Source: Candidatus Hermodarchaeota archaeon
GTDB lineage: Archaea; Asgardarchaeota; Lokiarchaeia; Sigyniarchaeales; SOKP01
Reading direction: 5' to 3'
Assembly: GCA_048885525.1 (NCBI GenBank)
Contig: JBHLLP010000035.1
Location: forward strand, 1-35,565
Length of the DNA: 35,565 bases
Part shown: positions 9,546 to 19,666 of the stretch, piece by piece
Layout of the letters: each line of letters starts with the position of its first letter
How positions within the stretch are numbered: position 1 is the first letter of the stretch
The notes under the pieces: generated by a model
Told to the model about the DNA's origin: nothing
What the model saw: only the letters and a program-made list of their open reading frames with translations
Database searches by the model: none
Program-made: the position numbers and the translations under genes

Positions 9546-12029
9546 TTATAAGGAAAAAAAGAAGTAAATGCCAAAATAAAATAAAGGGAGTGTTCCTAAT
9601 AAGGTACTTATTAAATGAATAAAAACTGCAGGAGAGATACTATTCTGCTTAGAATATAAATAAGTTAGGAAGAAATTTATTACACAGACATAGAAAAACT
9701 CAACAAATACATAACTTGTGAAAATTTTAAGAGCTATAGAAAAAGTAATATAATAAATCAAGTAGTATAGAAAAAAAATGAAGGAATTTAAGAATAGTGA
9801 AGTTATTCGATTATATTTAGAAAGAAGAATTGGAAATATAATTCCACGAAATAAAATTTCAATCCATAAAGCAAAAACAATACTTACGAATATTTTATAA
9901 AAATCAGGAGTTGTTCTTCCATAAAAAGAAAAAGACGTTAAAAAGAGAAAAGAGAAGATATATATAAATATAAATCCGAAGATCCCCAATTTCCAATATT
10001 TCGATTTATCATATAATATGCCAGATTTATCATAAATAGTTCCTTTAAGTTTGGAAATGAAATTTATTTTTATTAAAACAAAAATTAGCATAGGAAATAT
10101 GGTATACCATAAGATTATTTGAAATCTATTAATTGGTTTTAGATAATATATAAATCTTAAGTAAAGATTTCCTAAATATACTAATATAAAGTTAAATAAA
10201 ATTAATAGAGTTATTGAAATCCATGGATAATCTATAAAAAAAGTTTTTATTGGAACTAATTTATATTCTTTTTTATCTAAAGATAATTTAGGGGTCCTCC
10301 TTCTTTTAGGTTTTCGAACTGGTGAAAAGATAATCTTAAAAGAAAGAAACAATATACAGTAGCAGAAAAACATAACTAAGATAAAAATTGAAATGAAATA
10401 TTCTATTCCCAAATAAATTAAGGTCATCCCCGTAGAAATGATTATAATGGTAAGGATGTATTCTAAAATGTATATAGAAGCCCATTTAATCATTCTATTT
10501 TCAGGATTAACTTGTTCAAGGACGAATCGGTATTTTGCCCTTCCAAAGAAATAAATACGCATTTCAAACATAGTAATAAGAATAAGCCATGCAAAAGGTA
10601 AAGAAATTAAAACTGTTATAAATAAATTAATAAAATTGAGTTCAAACATATAAATAAGATAGGGAGATATAACAGAAATTGTTTGAATTATTATAAAAAA
10701 TAGAAGTTTTGATTTTGCTCGATTTTTTGGTATTATTGGTAATGATAAAAAGATAGGATCTCCACTTTCTTCTAAATTTAATAAATTATATATTAACATA
10801 CCACAGACAATGGGTTGAAAAGCTATGATTACAGACCAATTATAAATAAAGTCTGATGTTAAGGGTGTTTGGCCTTCTAAAACTGTGAAATTAAACGTAT
10901 AAGTGAACACAAATGAAATAATTATAGGTGTTACAACTGACAAGAAAACTTTCAGGTTTCTTGATGTTATTGTGAGATCTTTGAAAAAGTGTGAACGGAT
11001 AGGTTTTCTTATTTTAATATTAATTTGGTTTTGTTCTTGGACAATATAGGAAACTTTATATTTCTTTAGAATATCTCCTTTTGAAGAAGTTATTCTATGA
11101 AGCCCTGATAATGCCTTGGTAAATATCCAATAAGTAAAAATGATAAATAGACCTAAACCACAGAAAATTCCAAACCAAAAAACAAAATGAAATTGACTTC
11201 CTGTAGTGATGTAAGTTGTTAAATAACTAGTTGATGAAAATGGGATAGTTGAGAGGATCAGATTTATAAGAGCGGGTTTTTCTTGAACCATAGGAAATCT
11301 AAAAAAAATATCTAAGGATCTCATTGCCCATTGTACAAAAATTAGGCTTCCAAAAAATATAATTACAAAACCAAATATATTTATTAGCCGAATTATGGTA
11401 GTCTTTCTTGAATTGGCTATGTTCATATCAACAAATCTATTAATCCTCTCGCCAAAAATTATCAATGCACTAAATATAGCTATATTTTGCAGAATTGAGA
11501 TCCCTAAACAGATCAAGAAAACCAAAACATTTAAAGTTCCAATAAACATAGCTATAGGAAAGCCGAACGTTATCACTATTAATGGAAGATCGAAATTACG
11601 AAAAATGCTAATAATCTTTAATTTTCTCAATTTTTGACTGGAAATGGGCAGTGTTTCTAACCAATAGAATAGACTATTTGACATAATTAAACTTGCTTCA
11701 ATCATGCCCATAAAGAAGACATTAAAAAATTGTAAAATAAAAAAGAATAAAAATAATAAGCCACCACTAAATACTACCATTTCAATAGGATATTCGCTAA
11801 TAATTCCAGCTTTCATCTCAAAATATGTCATAAGAGGGATTATAGGAAGGATTCCGAAAAAAACTGAATAAAAGATTTTAGTAAATAGGATCTTTATTTT
11901 TAATAGCTTTTTCTTTTTACTGTACTTTTTTAATAGTTTTTCGGGTTTAACACGGAATAATTCTTCGATAAAAATCTCTTGGTTTACAAATTTAGCCAAT
12001 TTTAAAAGGTTTAATTCTTCATTTGGCAT
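9546..12029 (-). CDS. Polytopic ABC-2-type permease-like protein fused to a degenerate CPBP (CAAX-protease-like) domain
   Basis: Two permease-like halves (WLETLPIS...K; FFKDL....RN; FLSLPI..K.RAK.K) followed by WIEILFRGII...LTYLY.K..SI.PAVFIH. Confidence 0.7.
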   Translation of the reverse strand: MPNEELNLLKLAKFVNQEIFIEELFRVKPEKLLKKYSKKKKLLKIKILFTKIFYSVFFGILPIIPLMTYFEMKAGIISEYPIEMVVFSGGLLFLFFFILQFFNVFFMGMIEASLIMSNSLFYWLETLPISSQKLRKLKIISIFRNFDLPLIVITFGFPIAMFIGTLNVLVFLICLGISILQNIAIFSALIIFGERINRFVDMNIANSRKTTIIRLINIFGFVIIFFGSLIFVQWAMRSLDIFFRFPMVQEKPALINLILSTIPFSSTSYLTTYITTGSQFHFVFWFGIFCGLGLFIIFTYWIFTKALSGLHRITSSKGDILKKYKVSYIVQEQNQINIKIRKPIRSHFFKDLTITSRNLKVFLSVVTPIIISFVFTYTFNFTVLEGQTPLTSDFIYNWSVIIAFQPIVCGMLIYNLLNLEESGDPIFLSLPIIPKNRAKSKLLFFIIIQTISVISPYLIYMFELNFINLFITVLISLPFAWLILITMFEMRIYFFGRAKYRFVLEQVNPENRMIKWASIYILEYILTIIIISTGMTLIYLGIEYFISIFILVMFFCYCILFLSFKIIFSPVRKPKRRRTPKLSLDKKEYKLVPIKTFFIDYPWISITLLILFNFILVYLGNLYLRFIYYLKPINRFQIILWYTIFPMLIFVLIKINFISKLKGTIYDKSGILYDKSKYWKLGIFGFIFIYIFSFLFLTSFSFYGRTTPDFYKIFVSIVFALWIEILFRGIIFPILLSKYNRITSLFLNSFIFFLYYLIYYITFSIALKIFTSYVFVEFFYVCVINFFLTYLYSKQNSISPAVFIHLISTLLGTLPLFYFGIYFFFSL

Positions 12030-12360
12030 AATAAAAGGTATTTCTGGACTTTAATGTAATTCTATTAGATTTATACTTAATTCGAATATAATAATTTCTT
12101 GATTTTAAATATGCATAAATAATTTTTTTACAATATTAAATTACGCCTTAAAATTTAAACATTTTTTATATAACTCTGATATTATAAGATATGCAAAAAA
12201 TACTTAACGAATTTTATATTTATTATTTATGCATAAAGCTTCTGAGAGTGATATTACTCTCTATCATTGATGTAAAAATCTATAATAAAAGATTTTTAAA
12301 TTTTTAAAATAAAAGATCTATTAATAAAAAATTGAAAAAACAATAAGAAAGTGTTTATTT

Positions 12361-12882
12361 ATGGCTAATGGCAAAATTTTTTGTATTATTGGAGGCCTTT
12401 TAACACTTATATCGACATTTATTCTTGCTTTTGGGTATGTGCCAATAACTGGTTTTGGCTTTTTTGGAATAGGTTTTATAACGAACATGGACAATATATT
12501 TGAGGATACTTTTTCATATTCTATATTATTTGGAGGACAAGAAATTGTAGTTTATATACTATTTGTTATTCTACTCATCTTTTTGGTATCAGGATTTATA
12601 CAATTGGCTGGAATAAAAAGTCGAGCAGCAGCCATCATTGGATCTATACTACCTATATTTATTAGTTTAGTATTTATATCGGATTTTTATGATGTTCTCT
12701 TCCCTGAACCTTTGACTAATATAACATCATTTTTTTGGGATCTCGCAATTGCGGAAGGTGTCTTTCCGGTCCATATTCCTGCTGGTACAATTGGTATGTC
12801 TATGCAAGTCTCACTTGGAACTTATCTTCTGCTTGGAGGCGGTATTTTAGGTGTTATTGGAGGTATCATTGGGATTGAATAA
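12361..12882 (+). CDS. Hypothetical Gly-rich polytopic membrane protein
   Basis: 173-aa ORF with about four TM helices and an ATG start. Confidence 0.75.
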   Translation: MANGKIFCIIGGLLTLISTFILAFGYVPITGFGFFGIGFITNMDNIFEDTFSYSILFGGQEIVVYILFVILLIFLVSGFIQLAGIKSRAAAIIGSILPIFISLVFISDFYDVLFPEPLTNITSFFWDLAIAEGVFPVHIPAGTIGMSMQVSLGTYLLLGGGILGVIGGIIGIE

Positions 12883-13070
12883 TTTATTTTGAAGATCAAA
12901 TCCATGTCTTCTAATGAGTTAATTTTCTTTATTAATTATTCATTATATTCTGATAAATTGTTAGAAGCCGATTATTTTATTTACATTTATTAGTGAATTA
13001 TTTATAAAGAAAAAAAGGAATTTGGTTTCCTTAAGGTTTATTTTAAGTACTTTAAAGCTTTAAAAGAATT

Positions 13071-14075
13071 ATGAAAAAGTATCTTCAAATTTTTAAGGTA
13101 ATAGTGTTATTTTCTTTAATCATCTCAAGTGTATTAGTTCTCTATTACTTCTATAATTATAACCAACTATATGAATGGTACTCTCTTAATTTAAAGATTA
13201 ATTGGATGTTAACTATAAGTTATTTTATTGTATTATTCTACGTGTTATTATTTTTGATTAACTTTCAAAATTATAATAGAATTTTCCTCATTATAATCAT
13301 ACTTGGAGCGCCATTGTGGATTATACTCTACTTTTTAGAATTCTTTGAAATCGAGTTTGGATCTTTTAATTGGTATATTATTAGAGAAGCTGTTCCTATT
13401 ATATGCTTTTCTATTATGTCCCCAGGATTAACAATAAATTTTATTAAATACATTAGAAATAATTCGAATCAAGACAAGAAAGGAAGAATTTTTAGGAATT
13501 ATCATATTCATGAAGGTTTTGCAGGCATTTTGTTTGTCCTTTTCGCTCTTTTTTTATGGATACTTCGAACTGTAATGGTTCAATATGAAATATTAAGGAA
13601 ACAATTAAGGATCTATCTAGCTATTGAAATGATTATAATGTTTCTATTCTTATTTAGTGGAAGTTTTTTAATTTTTAGAGATTGGAGAGATATAATTAAA
13701 CTTAGATTTATTGAGCGTCGAGATAGGATTAATAGCAATAATGAATCCTCTGTATTTTGTCTAAAATCTTCAGAATCAACTCAGTTTTTTAATTCGCCTC
13801 GAGTTTTATTGTATCCTTTTGGGATACTTCTTAATAGTTTTTCCGCGAGTTTATTTATCCATGGAACAGATTTCTTTCCAGTAGAGATTTTCCACCTAAG
13901 TCATGAAACACTCGTATTAATAGGTTTTATTCTATGCTTTATTGCAGGAGGAATACTTGGAATAGATTGGTATCGTGTTTTTGCTAAATTTTACCCTAAC
14001 TTATATCGAGAATTTGAGCAAATTTTAAATGATTTAAGAAAACATCATGGTTTAAATGAAACTTCAATTAATTGA
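13071..14075 (+). CDS. Hypothetical polytopic membrane protein (YHIHEG motif)
   Basis: About eight TM helices; conserved-looking GRIF.NYHIHEGF.G and DW motifs. Confidence 0.75.
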   Translation: MKKYLQIFKVIVLFSLIISSVLVLYYFYNYNQLYEWYSLNLKINWMLTISYFIVLFYVLLFLINFQNYNRIFLIIIILGAPLWIILYFLEFFEIEFGSFNWYIIREAVPIICFSIMSPGLTINFIKYIRNNSNQDKKGRIFRNYHIHEGFAGILFVLFALFLWILRTVMVQYEILRKQLRIYLAIEMIIMFLFLFSGSFLIFRDWRDIIKLRFIERRDRINSNNESSVFCLKSSESTQFFNSPRVLLYPFGILLNSFSASLFIHGTDFFPVEIFHLSHETLVLIGFILCFIAGGILGIDWYRVFAKFYPNLYREFEQILNDLRKHHGLNETSIN

Positions 14076-14146
14076 ATTTTTAATTCAAGAGATATTAAAA
14101 AATTATGAAAGATTTTATTTTAACACATTAAGGAGCAATTGTAGAT

Positions 14147-15106
14147 ATGTATGGGGAAATAATGGCAATTCTTACAGCGATATCTTTTGCTCTTTCATTC
14201 GTATTAGCAAGGAGGATACAAAATGAAGCTACACCAATTCTTCAAAATGCTATAAGATCAATTGTGGGATTTATAACATTTTTAATAATTTGTTTATCTT
14301 TCGGTGTTTTTTTTAAGATGTTTTCTTTACCATTTTTGCTTATTTTATTTTTAATTATGAGTATTTCATTTACTGTTATTCTAGGAGATACAGCATATCT
14401 TCAATCACAGAAGTTTTTAGGTCCTGCAAAAGCTCTTGCGATTACTACCACGACTCCGTTTTTTACTATATTATTTGCTATTTTCTTTCTAAAACACTTA
14501 GTTTCTATTCAAATGATTTTTTCTGGGATATTAATTGGAATAGGAGTAATAATAATTACAAAAGGAGAATCCAATAATTTTAATAATACAAAATCAAACT
14601 CATTAAACTCGCAAATGGATAATAATCAAACTGATTTAATTGAGTCTCGTATTCCTAAAACCCTCAAAGGAACGCTTTGGGCATTAATTACAGCAATTTC
14701 TTGGGCTATTGGTATTGCTCTATCGGATTATTCGATTAATCAAGTTGATCAAACATTGAATTTAGGAGTATTAAGTACAATGATTGCCATGATGATCCGG
14801 TTCCTATTCGCCTCATTCTCATTAAGTATTATTGCAGCAATAGAGGGAATAAGAACCCCGATACCTAGAAATCGAAATACTTGGAGTATTTTAATTGTTT
14901 CCGCTATTTTGAGTTATTCAATAGGAAGTTTTTTTTTTGGTGAAGCCGTTCATATAGCTGGAGCTACTTTTGTGTCTCTTATATCCACAGCAATGCCATT
15001 ATTTACAATTCCGTTCTCCTATATAATAAATAAAGAAAGGATTTCAAAGGTAGGATTTTCAGGAGTAATTATAATACTAATTGGTGTTTTCTTGCTTTTT
15101 ATATGA
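14147..15106 (+). CDS. EamA/DMT family transporter
   Basis: Two repeats of five TM helices; GPAKA.....TPFFT..FA..FL and PLFT..FS....KERIS. Confidence 0.9.
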   Translation: MYGEIMAILTAISFALSFVLARRIQNEATPILQNAIRSIVGFITFLIICLSFGVFFKMFSLPFLLILFLIMSISFTVILGDTAYLQSQKFLGPAKALAITTTTPFFTILFAIFFLKHLVSIQMIFSGILIGIGVIIITKGESNNFNNTKSNSLNSQMDNNQTDLIESRIPKTLKGTLWALITAISWAIGIALSDYSINQVDQTLNLGVLSTMIAMMIRFLFASFSLSIIAAIEGIRTPIPRNRNTWSILIVSAILSYSIGSFFFGEAVHIAGATFVSLISTAMPLFTIPFSYIINKERISKVGFSGVIIILIGVFLLFI

Positions 15107-15127
15107 GAAAAAAAAGGATTAGGAGTT

Positions 15128-18100
15128 TTAAGTAACTGAGATAAAATCTTCCTCTGAAATATATATAATAACGTTATCAACTATTAAGAACCATTTGAAC
15201 CTAATTATGATATCACTCGTTGTACAGTTAATCAATCCATTCAAAATAATACCCTCCCCTGAATAAAGAGTAGTGTCAATCAATGTAAAGTTAATTCCAG
15301 AGTATACACCGTGAGTGAAAGTTGTATTTTTCAATGGGTAATATACGGGTGGTACCAGAACTGAAAATAGTCCCCCTCCTTCCCGATATAGCGATAGATT
15401 TACCTCAACGTCATATCCCGGAGCTAAAATAGTTTCATTCATATTCTCGAGTTGTATTCTAAAGTTAGCAAGATCATTTGGCAAAGTCATAGAGTTTTCC
15501 AATTCAAAATTAAATGATATTGCAAATCTCTTTATATTTACTACTATCTTATTTGATGTTGTATTTCCATATTCATTAGATGCTTGGATGTAGAATTCAT
15601 AAATCCCGGTATTTAAGTCTGAAATTGTATAAGAGGTTTGTGTATTTGGTAAATTACTAATAATTAAGGAATTGTTTTTATAGATTGAATAAGTATCAGC
15701 AAATTGCGATTCTGTCCAATTTAATAGAAATGATCCATCGAAATCTGGATTAGCCGCATCTGATACTAATAAAAATGCCCTTGGTTTGAAGTTTTCTAAA
15801 TTATTATATGCTTCAAAAGCTTCAGCACCATAGCCTACTCTTCTAGTGAAAGCCTCTACGAATCCTGCTAACTTTAACTGTTGTAGACCACCAACGGTGC
15901 TATAAGTTGGTATATAATAATAAACTGAACCTCCAAGAGGATATAATAAAGTATTTCCATTTCTCGCACCCGAAATTAGGATAATTTCTTGAGTTGCTTC
16001 TGTTTCATATGTATCTCTCGCAGTTTTAGGACCAATTAGATTTTCAGTTGAATTTCTTGTGTGATAAAACAGCGCTTCCCCGAAATTTTCTCCATGTCTT
16101 ATTATATACATACCTGCTAATGTTTTTGCCTCTGTTCCTTGATATTCCACTAAATCTAGCCCTACATATTCAATTCCATTTCCTAGATTTGTCTCAATAT
16201 AAAAAAGATCTCCATTTTCTGGTCTTTCATGAAAGTCGTCTCCTCTCTTCCAAGTTTTTAGATCTTGTACATGATATTTGTAATTTGCTGCCAATTGCAT
16301 TTCAAATAGATCTTCGGGATATCTCAATTGTTCTTTTAACCATGCTGGAGAATTTTGCCAATTGTAGGCGTCCATGTAGTATTTCCAAGTAGAATAAGTG
16401 GGATCAGCAACTGATTCAATTAAACTAGGATTTTTATAGAATTCCATTTCACCATTAATTACATCAACTAAACTAATTCCCAAAAATCTTAATATTGGAG
16501 AGCGTGAATATGAGCCAATATTTATAGATGCATAAATTGAAACTGCGTAATACATCTTTTCATTAATTCTATCAAATACCAAGTAAGGATCGTTATCTAC
16601 TTTTAGTTGAGGTAAAAGTATGTTAGCGACACGGTTTTTAACGTTTCTATTAAATAAATATGGTTTTTCTCCTCCTTGGAAAACATAACCCCAAAGTCCC
16701 AAACTAGCAGTATACCAAAAAGCTTCCAAACCTTCAAGTACTCCGTCGGGGTTACCTTCATATACATAGATATTATTAGGGATTCCACCTCTCCAATCAG
16801 TTCCTAGTAATATGCTTTTTGTATAGGCACCTAAACCCCTACTGGTACCATGTTGCTCAAGAAATCTCTGACTTTCAGATTCACCGAAAAATATTGGATA
16901 ATTTTCATCTATATTAAAAGTCGAACTTACATTAACTAATTCTCCTGTGTTTGTATCTAATGCCAAAAATCCTTCAATATGATCATATAATTCTGTAGAG
17001 ACTCGTACGGGATCTCCAGCAAATTGAGATAATCTGATTGTTTTTGGTGCAACCCAATATTCTGTTCCATTTAAATATATAATATCAGAATCTGCTAACC
17101 CTTCATAAGTAGTGCCGATTTTCGCAGCTAAGGATTGTACAGCAAAATCTTGGTCAAATTGTCTAATTCTTTCGATCATCTGTGTATCATTTTCAGGTGA
17201 AGAAGATAAAGTAAAATTTTCAATTGTTCTTTCCTCAAACATATCTAATCCAGCACATTCTCTTGTCCAAGAGATTTCTCTTTGAACTTTTTTATTCCAT
17301 TCATATGTTGTATACACAGATGTATTACTTAATGTAAATATAGGTCCAATACTCATTATTAGAGGGAAGGCTATTAGAACAATTAGTACTCCCCCAGTAA
17401 TCCCCATTTTCATTCTATTACGCTTTAAAATCATTTTAAATCTTGGATACTTCTTCAATTTATAGCGACCAATAATATATATTGCTACTCCTAAACCAGT
17501 AAGAGCAACAAATGCTAATATCAACGACCACATCTGTAATAATTCAATCCCATTTAAAGCAAAAGTAGGTAAAGAAAGAAAAATCAATCCACAGATTAAA
17601 CCGCCAATTACCAGCGAATTTGCGATGATGTTATAATCATTTCTTTTCAAGTAATAATTGCTTACAATGTTTAAAATCATTCTAAATATACATATAGCAA
17701 AAATGTAAGATATAATCGGTAAATATAATCTGGCGTAAACAAAAAGGAATTCTATGTTCAAATTATTTTGATTCATTAATACGTTAAAGGCATCAATAAA
17801 GATAGTGAAAGGTGAAAATCCAACTTCTCCTTTTTCTATTAAATATAGACACCAAGAGAATTGACCATCCAAATCGATTAGAAAGCCAATGCAATAGAAT
17901 AAAGCAAATCCAGCTGTCCACCAAAAGATTAAAGCTTTTAATATTGAAGGTTTGCCAAATCTTAAACGAGTACCAATCATAGTCAATAAATTTCGATTAG
18001 GTGGTACACTCATTATTACACATCCTATTATCGCCCCAATTAAGGCTGTTTTATTGAAAAAGAAATTAGTAGACCAGAAATTAAGAAAATACACATCATA

Positions 18101-18427
18101 ATAACTTAATCCTCCTGCTTTATTCTGATAGAGTTGAGCATTAAGATTAATTGGAGCGAACCAAGCAGGCCACCACCATAAAATCGATAGAGCAACTATA
18201 ACAATAATTATTATGGGTAAGAAGATCTTTAGATATTTTTTAGCTTTTGGATAATATTGAAAAATGCCAAGTTTCAATGGCTTTATTGCTGGAGGTTCAT
18301 CATCAAGAGATTCTCCGCGTTCTAATCTTTCTGTTTTCTGTTGAATTTCAAATCTACGTTGGGCTTCTCTACATGCCTCACAATAGTAATTCCACTTCTT
18401 ATGTCTTTCACACGATTTTTTTGCCAT
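15128..18427 (-). CDS. UPF0182 family membrane protein with N-terminal Zn-finger and C-terminal FN3-like domain
   Basis: N-terminal TM bundle; I.WTR..AGLD, YPIFFGE, RNVK.RV..ILLP.LKVD.DPY, QLRYPEDLF..Q....KYHV, GNTLLYP...YY.P.Y; FN3-like LNWTES..ADTY.IY...GIYEFYIQASNEYG. Confidence 0.85.
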   Translation of the reverse strand: MAKKSCERHKKWNYYCEACREAQRRFEIQQKTERLERGESLDDEPPAIKPLKLGIFQYYPKAKKYLKIFLPIIIIVIVALSILWWWPAWFAPINLNAQLYQNKAGGLSYYDVYFLNFWSTNFFFNKTALIGAIIGCVIMSVPPNRNLLTMIGTRLRFGKPSILKALIFWWTAGFALFYCIGFLIDLDGQFSWCLYLIEKGEVGFSPFTIFIDAFNVLMNQNNLNIEFLFVYARLYLPIISYIFAICIFRMILNIVSNYYLKRNDYNIIANSLVIGGLICGLIFLSLPTFALNGIELLQMWSLILAFVALTGLGVAIYIIGRYKLKKYPRFKMILKRNRMKMGITGGVLIVLIAFPLIMSIGPIFTLSNTSVYTTYEWNKKVQREISWTRECAGLDMFEERTIENFTLSSSPENDTQMIERIRQFDQDFAVQSLAAKIGTTYEGLADSDIIYLNGTEYWVAPKTIRLSQFAGDPVRVSTELYDHIEGFLALDTNTGELVNVSSTFNIDENYPIFFGESESQRFLEQHGTSRGLGAYTKSILLGTDWRGGIPNNIYVYEGNPDGVLEGLEAFWYTASLGLWGYVFQGGEKPYLFNRNVKNRVANILLPQLKVDNDPYLVFDRINEKMYYAVSIYASINIGSYSRSPILRFLGISLVDVINGEMEFYKNPSLIESVADPTYSTWKYYMDAYNWQNSPAWLKEQLRYPEDLFEMQLAANYKYHVQDLKTWKRGDDFHERPENGDLFYIETNLGNGIEYVGLDLVEYQGTEAKTLAGMYIIRHGENFGEALFYHTRNSTENLIGPKTARDTYETEATQEIILISGARNGNTLLYPLGGSVYYYIPTYSTVGGLQQLKLAGFVEAFTRRVGYGAEAFEAYNNLENFKPRAFLLVSDAANPDFDGSFLLNWTESQFADTYSIYKNNSLIISNLPNTQTSYTISDLNTGIYEFYIQASNEYGNTTSNKIVVNIKRFAISFNFELENSMTLPNDLANFRIQLENMNETILAPGYDVEVNLSLYREGGGLFSVLVPPVYYPLKNTTFTHGVYSGINFTLIDTTLYSGEGIILNGLINCTTSDIIIRFKWFLIVDNVIIYISEEDFISVT

Positions 18428-18770
18428 AATTTCTCAACATATAGCTTAAAATTATTAATTAGTATTATTTAGTTTAAAAAATCGAATACATAAATCATTT
18501 ATGCTTAATATTAATAGTAATAATTCAATCTCTTCTTGAACTCCTTATTGACAAGGAGTTGGAGAAAAAATAAATTATATAGATTTATTACTTAAAAATA
18601 TCCTTTTTATGCCTATATTACTATTTAAATAAAAAAGATATTTATATATTTTTATATATATTTGAATTTTATTAAAGATAAGTATGCATTAAAAAGGAAT
18701 AAATGATTCTTAATCAAAACGTTTAAATATATACTTTTATATTCTAGATTGAGGATAATTAGGTATTAAT

Positions 18771-18804
18771 AATAAGCTCAAATAAAAAATAAGCTCAAAT
18801 AAAA
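18771..18804. repeat. Perfect 17-bp tandem duplication (AATAAGCTCAAATAAAA x2)
   Basis: Copies at 18771-18787 and 18788-18804, read directly from the sequence. Confidence 0.9.
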
Positions 18805-18822
18805 GGCGAAAAATATAAAATT

Positions 18823-18927
18823 ATGACTATTAAAGAGTTTTATGAAATTCTGATAGGACTTATTGGATTTTCAAGTTTAGCAGCTCTATGTATTACTTTG
18901 TTGATTATTTTAGGTATATTTATTTAA
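18823..18927 (+). CDS. 34-aa single-TM small protein
   Basis: Not in the ORF track. ATG..TAA: MTIKEFYEILIGLIGFSSLAALCITLLIILGIFI; followed by a T-tract. Confidence 0.5.
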   Translation: MTIKEFYEILIGLIGFSSLAALCITLLIILGIFI

Positions 18928-19131
18928 TTTTTCTGTCTTTAAAGGTTAAATTTATTTCTGTTTTCCTCTGTGTCCTCATAAATACACCGTTCAGCTAATT
19001 GCTCATTTTTAGATTTAGTTATTTTCTTTTCAAAATCATATCTAAAATTACTATTATTTAATACTTATTTTCTTATTCCAAATAATATAAATAATCCTTA
19101 ACATTTATGGTATTTAAATTAAACTTAATTA

Positions 19132-19509
19132 ATGATTAAAATGATATTCCAAACCTTTGAAGAAATAATGTGGTTTTTGGTTTTTTACCTTATAGTTCTG
19201 TTGATAATGGCAATTTTTCTGAAATTGGCTTTGGGTTTCTTTAGTAAAGCAAAACATACTAATTTTGGTAATGTTTTTTTGACTGCTTTTTTAATAACAA
19301 TAACATTTGCTTTAGTTTTTTGGTTTTTAGGAGGTTGGGTCGCATGGTTAGTGGTATTAATTATAACCTGGATAATTATTAGTATCAGCCATAATGTCGG
19401 GTTCTTAAGTGCAATAGTTATAACTGTATTGGCTTTTCTAATATATGTTCTCGTTGTCATTTTAATTGGTGCATTATTACATGTATCTATTGATATAATT
19501 CCTTTCTAA
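19132..19509 (+). CDS. Small 4-TM membrane protein
   Basis: 125-aa hydrophobic ORF followed by a T-tract terminator. Confidence 0.75.
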   Translation: MIKMIFQTFEEIMWFLVFYLIVLLIMAIFLKLALGFFSKAKHTNFGNVFLTAFLITITFALVFWFLGGWVAWLVVLIITWIIISISHNVGFLSAIVITVLAFLIYVLVVILIGALLHVSIDIIPF

Positions 19510-19636
19510 AGCATTTTTATCTTTTTTTTTGTTTTAACTATGTAAGAAAAAAAATCACCAATAAATACGTCCGACATAATAAATCCATGGAAGTATATTG
19601 TCGACGAAATTTTTTAATTACTCATTAATAATTGCA

Positions 19637-19644
19637 TTTAAATA
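19637..19644 (+). promoter_or_regulatory. Archaeal TATA box for the intergenic ncRNA
   Basis: TTTAAATA centred ~26 nt upstream of the first paired G (19667). Confidence 0.6.
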
Positions 19645-19666
19645 TAATTTTTTCTAAACAATAAGT

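Noticed and set aside
18771-18804. CRISPR array
   Set aside because: Only two adjacent 17-bp copies with no spacer, and no cas genes.
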